Assembly (NCBI RefSeq): GCF_026210795.1
Contig: NC_089436.1
Coordinates: 1,302,001 to 1,366,000, forward strand
DNA: 64,000 bases
Reading direction: 5' to 3'
DNA from: Rhizophagus irregularis
Lineage: Eukaryota
Under the pieces are notes generated by a model. The model was not told the DNA's origin. It made no database searches and was given only the letters and a program-made list of their open reading frames with translations. Below are positions 52,701 to 64,000 of this stretch, in pieces. The position numbers and the translations under genes are program-made. Position 1 is the stretch's first letter. The number at the start of each line of letters is the position of its first letter.

Positions 52701-55670
52701 AGTCTCTATATGTAAATTAATTCAAAAATAATTCCTTATTATAGTACTATTTAAGTATAGATTTTCAATGGGGGCTTAAAAATGTCAATTCGGTTTGACA
52801 TCTCAGGATTATCATTATCACGCCACATAAAGTATGTGACATTTTATGCAAGCGACAAATAGAGATCAGACCACAAAAAAAAGTCGCAGAGATAAATATA
52901 AACAATGCGACCACTTCCATCACGTGATCTTGTGACAAAATCATGTGGTAAGATTTACCTACTTCGCTACACTAAACTGACATAAATGTTTAATAATCAT
53001 TATCTAAGATTACATCCAATGAAGTTTAACTGACGGAGTGCTTTCTAAAAAAGGCTCGTGGAAAAATACATAATAGTATTTTGTGCATTGCTGTTGATAT
53101 TGGACAGAATTTTAATTTCGTACTAATTACGAAAACTATAAGAAATAAAAAACATGAAGCTCAAATACTCCCCATCCAATAATATATTTTTATATATTAA
53201 AATCAACTCTAAGCTTATCCAGGGATGCATTTATTTCACCGAAAATCGCCTCGACAAACAAACTTACCGACAGTTAAGGGTCCAGTATAATTAGTACGTC
53301 ATCTCGCATATGGCAAAAAAAATTGTGTTTTTAATTCGTTACTAGAAAAATCTTTCAATATTTTTCAAAAATCTGCTTAAAAATGTCTATTAGAAAGCCA
53401 GAGCTTCTGTCTTTAAATAAAGAAGCATAATAAAAATAAAGTTTATTCAGAAAAACTAATTGCAAATTCTAAGTTATATCAAAAAATTCTTAAGCATTAT
53501 TTATTCAAAAAAATTTTTACTAAAACCATTTTATTTTTTTTTCCTTTTAATCTAAATACAAAATATCTCATATTTTTGTGAAGTAATAATTGGAATGTTA
53601 TAATTTATAATGAAATGAAGGGGCAAATAAATTAATTTTAATAATCCAAAATTATATTTATATGTTCGGCATTTGTAGAGTTAATTAACTTTAATGCATC
53701 GATAAAAGAAGGTAGTTTCATAAGGTTTTATCCATAATACTATTTCAGAAATGTTAATAATGGTTAAAATTTTTTAATACATAGCTAGATGTATGTTTCT
53801 TTTCTATTTGAATGTATAATAAAATTAATACTATACAGTGGTTGTGAATTCCATGTTGTTAATTTCTCGGTCACGTGATATTATCAGTTGGATTTGCTGA
53901 GTAATCACACGAAAGTATTCATAATTATATATGCAACATGTGAAATGATGATTATGGTGGTAGAGTGTGATAAACATACAGTATTGCGCTGCCAATTGTG
54001 AGGTATAGCCTTGATTAGAAATTAAATAATAAATTCAATCCTATGGGTGCATTCTTGGGATTGGATTGAGTTGACGTCTCAATCAGATTCACAAATTAAA
54101 AATCCGATTTGGAATAGATTGAGTTGATCCAATGGATTGAATTTTACTATTAAATTTCCAATCCCCACATAGTATTTAAACGTATGTATAACGTATAATT
54201 TCATATCTTGGGTAGAAAAAATGTCACGTGGGCTAGTTATTGAGCTTGTAATTGCATATTCTTCTTCATAATTTAGAGAAGCAAGATATTAATGTATCAC
54301 AGCAATTTACAATCTTAAGAAATTTACCCTAACATAAAAAATTAATAATCTTTTTCATATGATTAAAATTAAAAATTTTTAAATGATGAAAATTTATCAG
54401 GTTGTCAATTTTTTTTAAAAAATCTTATTAATAATATAAATAAAAAAAAATTAATTGTTTTTTATTCGGATAATTCAGTAAAAATAATTTTAACTAAAAG
54501 GGATTTTATTTATTTATTATTTACAGGATTTGAAAGTTTTTTTTTATTAAATATTTTTTTTTAAAAAAAAAATTAACGATCGCAATATCTATGACAATGA
54601 TCTCGTGATACAGAAGTAAATTTAGAAATTTGATCTGGATATTTTTTTTTACAGTTTATATATATGTGGATATGATGTGTGTGTATGTGATATGAGTGGA
54701 TATGATAATATGATATGGATAGGATACTGATGGGACATACTTCAACTCCCTAACATATGTAGGTAAGAAAAATAAACATAGTTCTTAAAACTACCAAATG
54801 TATAATCCATAGTATCCCACTCTTCGAAAACCGTTTAACGTATACCAACGATAACAAATTATTGAACGTCCTATAGCAATTGTCACAATGTAGAACGATA
54901 ACGCCAATAAATTCAACAGATCCCACTCATCCCACTCAAAACTATGCAAATACTCCGAATTTATCATTGAATTCATTAATAGTTTTCTGGAAAAAAAAAC
55001 CAGAAAAACATGTGAAAATTCTAATCACAAAAATCATTGTTGCATAACCAAACCTAATTATAAAATTTGTAGAAAACATTATGTTAGTCATATTGCGTGG
55101 TAATAATCACATTACAAACAGTATAGTATGAATTTATTCAATATTCAATACAATTTTTAGCAAATTATAAAAAAAAAATAATTTATCTTTCTTGGAAATG
55201 TTCTTTTTAAATACGGTATATACTATATTATTATATTTTTTTACTTCGCCCAAAGCGTTGATTTCTACCAAACAAATTGTACTATCATGCAATTATTAGT
55301 CAATTATGAGTATTACCGCGTGAACTTTCTTTTAATCATGATACTTTTGGAAAAAATTATCGAATTATTATTTTTTTATATAATTTGTTTTTAATATTTG
55401 TAACTGATTAAGAAAATTTTTTTTTTATAAATAATTTGTTTATAATTTTTGTACAAGCTGATTAAACCGATTTATTATTCTTTTAACTTATTATACATTT
55501 TTTAACCGCGTATATTTTATAAATTTAATCTAATAATGTAACCCTTAAGTAATAGTTAGAAGTTTATTAATGTTCAGATTATTAGGACTATGCGAACTCA
55601 GATAAGAGCAATTAAGAATTTAAGAAGATGGGTTATCCCGTGTACCTGTATTATCTAACTCGTTAAACCC

Positions 55671-56142
55671 CTATGCTAATGAAAAACTTTTTTCTTTATT
55701 AATAAGATTATCATTTTGTCGCTGGAGTTGCTTAATTTTGGTTTCATCGCGTTATTTATTTCTTGTAATGAATTACTAACTGAAAATTGCCGCTTGTAAA
55801 GACTTTGTGACATATATTCATATGCCTTATTTTGAAGGTAGGGAGAAATAAGTTTTCCTTCATTTGGACCTTTAGGATAACGCATGGTTTTAATGAGATG
55901 ATTTGCTGTTGGAACCTCTTCTTCAGATAATTCTTGAATCGAAGAAATTAAGTTAATTCGTTCTTTGCTTGATTCTGTCAGTTTTGTTATTAGATCTAAA
56001 GTATTATCAAGTTTTGTTCATCCATTTTGTTTATAATCTCATCAATTTTTCTTTTTTTGTCATTTCTCTTCATATTTAATTTTTGGGCTTCTATTTCTCG
56101 TGCTTTTTTCAAGTGGCGGGCTTGTTTTGAAGGGCGAGTCAT
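55671..56142 (-). pseudogene. Frameshifted, truncated ORF (MTRPSKQARHLKKAREIEAQ...), probably transposon-borne
   Basis: Basic/coiled-coil protein readable across two frameshifts; a GC-rich terminus-like block lies upstream at 56580-56639. Confidence 0.45.
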
Positions 56143-57090
56143 TTTCCCACTAAATTATCCGAAATCTTTACTTAAATGCTAATAAAGCGTAAGTTATTAA
56201 ATTTTAAACACCGTAAAGTTAAATAGATACATGATATCTTCAAGAAACATAAAATACCTCTTTTTTTCAAAACTTACGATAAAAAAGTTTTATTATGGTT
56301 AGAAGATTTAATTTATTAATTTCGAAGATTTAATGACTTTTTTTTAAAAAAAAAAGATCTATTTCGTGAAAGAGACAGATAATTTGGAGTAATTTCGCAA
56401 AGTTTGAAATGAAAACGTTAAGAAAGATCCAGAGTTACTAAAGAAAGAAAATATAGTTTTATTAATAATAAATTTATTATAAAATAGTTTAAATTATACT
56501 ATAAAATAGCTTAATACGTAAAAATCTTCAATAGTAAATTTTATTATAGGACTATACATAGTTTTGATTTAATTAGTTGACTGCGCACCCCACAGTCACA
56601 TGCTGCGGCTCCTAAGTTGCGACGGACTCCCGTTTTCCTAATTAATTTACTTCACAAAATTTATTATCGGTTTAAACTTTCTTTTAATCATGAAATTCTC
56701 ACTTATGCATCATGTGATAGTTAAAATTAATACAGAAAATGAAAACGGATTTTCATCGAAGCCTTTTAAATTTGAAGCTTAGGCTAGAACATACTCACTA
56801 TTAGAATATCACACCGATTTTCATTTTCAGATGTAGAAAACGCGTAATTTTAAATGCACACTTTGTAAATAGAGTAATAGAAATAGGTTTTACAATTTTA
56901 ATTCTAATTTACGTTTAATAAATATATCAAGCCATAATACTCAACTTTTAGTTCATTTAAAAAAAGGATCTATTAATAACATCAAAACGCGTGATTTTAC
57001 CGAAATATAATTTAAATTAATAGGAGATTTAAATATATTTTATTTTTATTTTTATTCGTTCAGTTATGATAAAACGATTGAGTTATTTAT

Positions 57091-57235
57091 TTTGCGATAA
57101 AAATTCTTAAATGACAAGCTTATAACAACACTCGATTAATGTTAATTATTAAAAAAGATCATTTTGCGATAAAAATTCTTAAATGATAAGTTCATAACAA
57201 CACTCGATCAATGATAATTATAAAAAAAAGATAAA
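57091..57235. repeat. Tandem duplication of a ~72-bp unit within the shared 3' flank
   Basis: TTTGCGATAAAAATTCTTAAATGA...ATAACAACACTCGAT occurs twice. Confidence 0.85.
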
Positions 57236-57515
57236 GTTTGTGATTTCCTCGCGAACGAATGATAATATAAAAAAAAAAACGAATTAAGGGAATAAATAAA
57301 TTTCCGATTGTGACGACCGGCGTTAAAATGGAATTAAGCGTTATTCAATGCCAATTTTTTTCTTAATTTACTACGATTCTATATATTCTATATTTATGAA
57401 TTGAATGCTAAACCGAAATGATAAAAACTCTAATAAAACTGATTTTGCCTAAAAAAATTTAAATTGATTGCGAATGATATACGTGAAATTTTGCCGAATT
57501 TTTCTTATATAAACT

Positions 57516-58127
57516 TTAAATTGAACGATTTGTGAAATTATACGAAAAATTATTAAAATCAATTTGTTGCTGTGGATGAGCAGCAGTGGTATTAGTGGTA
57601 TTATAATAAGTATCACCCAACCCATGTTGAGTAATACTATCATTATTATAATTTTGAATATTTGCCATTGGAACGGGTTGTGTTGTAATTAAATGATTCC
57701 CAATATTATCATGAAATGTTGCGTTTCTATCATAGTGTTGACAGAAAAGCTTTTTTAGTTTTTGTTTCAGGGTTTGTTCAAGATTGAGTTTTTGATATAT
57801 AGATAATGATTCGAAATCAAATTCTAATCCACGAAATCCATTTAAAATATTTTCTACTAAAGAGTGTGAAAGTAAGTTACACGTGACGTAATATTCTGTA
57901 GAAGAATCATTTGGATGCTGGTAAAAGAATTCGTGATTATGACGACCTTGATCATCAAAAGAAGAATCTTGCGGGATGATTGTACAAGTTACAAGATAAA
58001 AATTGTTATCATTTGGTGAGAAATGATAAAACTTTAAGTAGCTTAAAATTGACAGCTGAGCAACGTTAAAGGGATCACGTGATTCGCGGGACATAACGTC
58101 ATGAGGGTTCATGGTAGTGTTAGTCAT
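57516..58127 (-). CDS. U4: divergent U-family protein, 203 aa or more (possible upstream exon)
   Basis: Core conserved (YLKFYHF..FYLVTC..HEFFYQHP..YYVTC..VENILN..QKLNLEQTLKQKL); a TTTTTAG acceptor-like site lies 3 nt upstream of the ATG. Confidence 0.8.
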   Translation of the reverse strand: MTNTTMNPHDVMSRESRDPFNVAQLSILSYLKFYHFSPNDNNFYLVTCTIIPQDSSFDDQGRHNHEFFYQHPNDSSTEYYVTCNLLSHSLVENILNGFRGLEFDFESLSIYQKLNLEQTLKQKLKKLFCQHYDRNATFHDNIGNHLITTQPVPMANIQNYNNDSITQHGLGDTYYNTTNTTAAHPQQQIDFNNFSYNFTNRSI

Positions 58128-59989
58128 TAACTAAAAATTAAAGTTTAATTAGATCAGAAACGTAGAATTGTATCATTTGAAAGAACTAAACGAAATTAGA
58201 AAATTTTTTCTGTCATTAAATTTTTTTCAGACTTATTTTTTTTTTTTGAAATATCGGTGTATTATTTATTATTTTTTTATAGCTGATATGAGACTTTTTG
58301 CGTAATTTATGGCTTATAATTAAATGTAATCATATTTGGACATTGTTAAATGACAAACTTTAAAATAATGTACTTTAACTAAATTGGTTTAATGCGTATA
58401 TGGTAAATGATATAAACTAAATTAGATTAATGCATAAAATTACGTATAATAAATTAATTAATTATACCAATTTTAAAAGAAATAAGACCGCGTTGGAGTT
58501 ATTCAGTTTCAAATTATAATACAAAAATTATTTTCTTTGTTTTACTTTCATCGTTTTTTATTATCGCTCAGGATTTTATAATTAGAAATGCTTAATAATG
58601 GTTGGTGTAACATCAACAAGAAATTTCGCTAAATAGGTCGATCGAAAAATATGTACAGTATATTTATTTATTTATTTATTATTTTTCATAAAGCTTAGAT
58701 TTGTTATTTTTAGCAAATCTATTATTTTGTTTTAAAAAAAAAATGTACATTATATTCAAGACTTTCCTCTGGTATCCTAAGCAAACATAATGAATGGAAA
58801 AATAACATACATAATACATAATACATAATATACAAAATATAAGGTGTTGCCTAAAGTTGATTTATTTGATGACGTGATATCAAGTAAACTAGTTGTAATA
58901 TACATGACAGTTGCAAACTAATTAATGACTTTGAAATATCCGGTTGAATTTAAATTATAATAATGAGGCTTAGTCGGGATTATTTTTAATATCAAATTTA
59001 TTTTTATTTTTATGTATTAATATATACTGTATATATATATATATACGTTAATTTTTTCTAAAAATATAACCTAATAAGTATATATATTTTTCTTTTATTA
59101 AATTAATTCTGCCAAATAAACACATGAACGGTTTGCATTGAAAAGTATTTGCTCTAAACAATGAGATCTTTCAACATGCATTTGTTCACTTGTGACAAAA
59201 AAGTAATGATATTGACTACAATACAAAACACAACAAAAAAAAAATAAAAAATTCTTTGTCTTAAAAAACCTTTGTAAAATTGAGCTGAGACAGTGATTGC
59301 AACAAAGACATAGTTAAATGGAGATAAAAATGGAAATAGTTGAATGAGTCAGGTTGAGTCAAGAATTCTTTAGTTGATGCGGGCCAAAAATCATTCGTTA
59401 ATTTTATTAATTTTACCCGGACTTGAGTAAGTCAAACAGATAATCCTATTTTAGTTAGGCTACTTAAAAAAAATTTAGCCGATTTGTATTACAAGTGGTG
59501 CATAAATTATGGTTCTTTGTTGGAGAGGAATTACGAATATGTCATGAACAATATAAACAGATTTTAATTCTATACATAGACATTTTCTCAGGGGTTTACA
59601 TTGATTCAATCGATACTAAAATTGCAGACATTTGACAGACCTGTCAATAAAAAAGCCGAAATTTCCGTCATTTGTTACAGGAATTTATTAATCCAATTAT
59701 GTATATAATTTTGAGAGTAATGAGTACACCTTGTAGCTGGGGTTGTAGTACCTAATACGTCATTACATCATGTAGGTTACTTTTAGATGTTTTTGCCGCT
59801 TATATGTATGGGGTAGTAATGTAATAATCGTATTTGACGTTATTATTTGACGTTATTATATGACATATGCTGTATCATGTGTTGTATACCATATTGTATG
59901 CCGCAATATGTCGTATGCCGTACATCGTTCTTTGATAGATCAAACTTTGTGTAATATTTTTTTTTATAATACTTTCGATTAAAAAAATA

Positions 59990-61160
59990 AACTAACTTAA
60001 ATTATCTAATTCAAATTATGCAAATCTCCTTCAGTTAACAACACATTTGGGTGAATTAAGTGGTAGTATAGATTGTTTGCCGGTTAGCCAGTTGCACTTC
60101 CATTTTTCGTGGTTTTCCTCTTGACCATTAGTCTTGCAATAAAAATATTCTTTTGCGCTCCTTTTTCATAATATTCTCAGATTTCTGAAAAGGGTTTTGT
60201 ATTTTTTGAATTTTTGATAGGATTATCTTTTTATCAATTGTTTGTCTGAGGAAACCATAATTTCCTCGTTTTCATCAGAAACTGGTCTTTTACCTTTTCT
60301 CGAACTATTTTTTCCATGATTCATGAGTAAAGAAAATAAAAAGTTTGTGAAAATACATATTACATATCGCGTATTCACGTTAATTTAAAGAAATATCTGC
60401 CATACATGTAATTTTTAATTTTATACATTTACAGCAATTTAGCAATTTCGCTCAAAATAAGATACCTCTTATATTTGGTCCTTATGCTGGGCTTTATCCT
60501 ATATTATAAAATTTGATAAACATTTAATTTATAATTTTTTTATTTTATACGTAGATGGTGTAACAAACATAATTTTAACATAATCTCGTCATATTTTTTT
60601 TTATAGATAATAGTACTTAAAATTTTTTTTTTTTTTTACAATTGGAAATTATTAAAGCTCACCGATGATAAGCTATTGACTTTTTTTTTGTGTAAAATGC
60701 GAAAAATTGTTTTTATATCCAAATTTGATACAACTTATTTATTTCGCAATAATCAAATAGTGTGATTTATTATCTCAGATTAAATTAAATATATATATAT
60801 ATTATTCATTTTATTTAAATATTGCATTTTTTTTTTATATAAAAAATAAAGTGGCATAAGTAATATCTTAAATAAATACGGGATATTATATTGTTTTTCT
60901 CATCAAAATTTGTCATATACCATCATAAAAAGGAAAGAAAATTTTTCCTTGATATTAATGATAATTTGATAATTTCGTATTATGATTAACAAAATAAGAA
61001 ATTGAAGTAAACAGATAATTGGTTATCATTTGAATAATATCAATTTATATAATTGAACATTAGACATCCAATTGGATAATTGGATATATGCACGTCCAAA
61101 TCCAATTAGATAATGTCCGCATCGTCCCAAATGTCAAATTGAACGGATAGTCCAACACTG
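59990..61160 (-). mobile_element. hAT transposon 5' remnant with a decayed BED-finger-like N-terminus
   Basis: The minus strand begins CAGTGTTGGAC at 61160 with TCCAA/TTGGA subterminal repeats; the ORF from ATG 60324 gives KPFSEI*EYYEKG..FYCK..WSRGKPRKMEVQLAN. Confidence 0.65.
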
Positions 61161-61299
61161 TATTGAGTGATATATCTCAATTTAAATTTCAACAGCATTA
61201 AATAGTACGTTTATGACCATGATTGTGACAAAGTTTATTGGTTCATAATTATAAATTGAAGAAGCTTCGTTGAAACTGACTAATTTGAAAAATGGTTGT

Positions 61300-61617
61300 G
61301 AATGTTTCAATCCGGGATCCGGATAAATTCAGATCGGATAATCAGATCGGATATCCGGATAATCCGCCGATATCAATAGTAAACGAATATCCGGATAAAT
61401 TCGGATTGGATAATATTTTAGGGGGTGGGATTAAGCAGAATCTTACGTAACACAAAATTTAACATTTTTATTGGTTAAAATTAGTATATGTATAAATTGA
61501 ATAATTGGTTAAAAAAGATCTGGTGGGGGATAAAGCTTCTTATAGAACTAATATTAGTTAATATATGTCACTGTCCTAACGGATATCCGATAAAATGGTT
61601 AACGGATTGACACACTA
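61300..61617. mobile_element. hAT-like MITE with CGGATA subterminal repeats
   Basis: TIR 12/15 match (GAATGTTTCAATCCG / CGGATTGACACACTA); the interior 61420-61577 is the reverse-complement homolog of 22621-22770. Confidence 0.55.
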
Positions 61618-62899
61618 TTCATTTTATAACATGCGCGTAACACTAACTACTAAGTGAACTTCCTATTATTTTAGCTAACCGAAATTTTATCGAAGGTTTC
61701 CTAATAGCGCGAATGGTGATTTTTCCGAAATTTCCGTTTGAATAGTTTTTTTTTAAGATTCTATGTCACGTGTTTATAATTTTCAGCTAATTTTTCCCCG
61801 TATATTATGAAATTAGCTATAACGTTTCGCGAATTAATTCTATCAATAGACGTATCACAAAAACTGAAATATTTACGTCATGTGTAGAAAATTAGTTAAT
61901 AAAGAAATTTTTCAACCCATCCACCTAAAGCAAAGTAAACGGATGAGTTGATAATTAAAAATTTGGTGTAGAATTACTTATTGCAGGACCCAGGAATGGG
62001 CAAAAAAAAAATTTATTATTAGCTCTAAGATCTCGTTCAGGGCCGAAATTACAATAATTCCGGCTGGTGTCTAAAGAAGGAAATAATTTCCTGACTAGAA
62101 TTATCAAAAATTATCCATATAAGGAAGGATCTACGTGATTATTCTACGAACTTCTACACGTTACCAATCGTTACCTACATGAGACTTTTCCGGGGTCCTC
62201 TTATTATTGCCGAAATTAATTTGCTTTCTCTTATCTGAAGAATTTGCATCAGAAGAACTTGAATATTTCTTTTTATAAAGGATTCGAATATTGGGGATTC
62301 TCGGAAAATTGACTGAGAAATGGTATATTCAGGAAAACGCCATTTAGGAAAAGGTCCGACAAGGTTGTAAATTATTATAGTTTGTAATTACATTAGACAA
62401 TCTATATTATATATTATTATATCAACATGAATAAATGTATTATAAAAAGAATAATATTATTAGGAGGTTTGTTACATGAATACATCAACAAACCTTTAAG
62501 TTTGTACTATGTATCATTTCAAAATAAAGTTTAGCCGTTCCTATTTTAATAAAATAGATTAGAGTTTATATAATCTTTGTCAATATTGATACAAAAAATA
62601 GATGAGACAAACTGATTTATTTGTATTAATAATTATCTTCCGTTTTTTAAATAATATTAGTGCTGAACCTTCCGTTAAATCAGTCTTAGAAATATATAAT
62701 GTAATAAATTTTTGAAGTAAACGAAAATTCTTAAAGTGTTGAGAATTGAAGTCATGCATAATTAATTACATATCAATACGCAAAAGATATATTATTGTAT
62801 TTATTATATATGTTGGATTAAATATTAATTAAGATTTAAAAAAAAAGAATTTGGAAAAGGAATAAAGGAATGAAATTTTTAAATCTAACGCTTCAAGAT

Positions 62900-63900
62900 C
62901 CAGAATTTAATTTCTTCGACAATATCAAAAATTGATTTATAAATCCAACAAATCCAACGGATCTATTACATACTGTTTCGGCTCAAATATCCCAAACATT
63001 GCAGAAATACTACTAAAAAGTGAAAACATCGGCCAATTCGGTCATGCATCAAAGAACTCATAACGGTTTCATTAAAGGTTATCCTAAAACGATTAGATAA
63101 TTCTCAGAATATAAACCAAAAATTTGTAATCAAATAGATATTTATAATATTAGTACATAACATAGTAGAGCGAAAACTAATCTCTTCGGCAAGTCAAATT
63201 GATTAGACCCTAACATTCGTAAAGATAAGAGGCTAATATCATTGTAAATACTTCGAATCTACGTAACTACGAAAAATTTTTTTAAGAGGAATTCGAACCG
63301 TCCTTTCCGAAATCTTTACATTGGTGTAAAATAATTTTTGAAGAAATTTTTAACCAGGAAAATTTACAATTAACATTGAATGAGTTAGCATATAACATTG
63401 CAACATTATATAAGTCAATCAAGTATAACATTTACGCGATCGGACCAGATTACCCCGAGCGACCAAGATCCATATTCATAATATCTCTAAGACTCAACAC
63501 AATTTAGTTATGCGTAAATTGAAATAACTATGTAACATTTTTGTTAAAAAGTATTAATAAAATTAATTCATAAAAAATTTGAAGTGGTGGCGTTTTTATT
63601 TCATACTTACTTGATTTACGAATTTTTGATTTATATTCTGAGTGTATCTAAAATCGCTTTAGGATGATCTTAATGTGACATTACGAGCTAATTTGAACCT
63701 TTATAGTCGAAAGTGCCTCGTTTATTAGTATATTCAATAAGTCGAAATCAATCCACTCAAAGTAGTCTGTGCTATTACAAATTTACAATATCGCAATTTT
63801 GCATCACGCAACGGCAGTTCGTTGACTAATTTACAATCTGAACAATTACCGTATGTAAAAGTCTTATTATTATGATGAGATCCCGAGACCCGGAGGTCAG
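62900..63900 (-). pseudogene. Heavily degraded K-family relic (exon 1 at ~63610-63900, exon 2 patches at 62900-63230)
   Basis: GGCGTTTTTATTTCATACTTACTTGATTTACGAA matches the K donor region; TCCCGAGACCCGGAGGTC matches the K2 5' end. Confidence 0.8.
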
Positions 63901-64000
63901 TCGGGGTGTTTTGTTTCTTTTATTTGCTTTTTTATGCTTTAAAAAATTTTTTTTAACAAGAATGAGAACGGGCTATATTTCTAATAAGATGCTATTTTTA

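Noticed and set aside
50986..54976. Short 60-70 aa ORFs in AT-rich spacers (and similar ones elsewhere)
   Set aside because: Low-complexity F/I/K/L/N composition expected by chance; no motifs or paralogs.

Overview
Very AT-rich, intron-containing eukaryotic DNA. Gene style and repeat content suggest a Glomeromycotina fungus (Rhizophagus-like); this is inference, not a database result. The window is a birth-and-death array of two interleaved gene families. Family K: two-exon tyrosine-kinase-like (TKL) genes with an N-terminal CxxC-x9-CxxC motif. Five copies are full length: three clean, one lacking an ATG and one with a single in-frame TAG. At least five further fragments or relics are present. 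Every full-length copy lacks the catalytic HRD aspartate (HGN/HGH/HGY), so they are predicted pseudokinases. Family U: four copies plus one fragment of an uncharacterised 200-265 aa protein whose core is a duplicated F-[FY]-Y-x2-P...Y-x-V-x-C motif. K and U have unrelated coding sequences but share a homologous 250-350 bp 3' flank and were co-duplicated as a module. The spacers hold a decayed PHP-phosphoesterase pseudogene, many DNA-transposon remnants (Helitron, MULE-like, Tc1/pogo, hAT, a CCCTATA-TIR family) and an interstitial TTAGGG array inside an inverted-repeat element. No rRNA, tRNA or CRISPR was recognised. Exon boundaries come from GT-AG signals and paralog alignment by eye.
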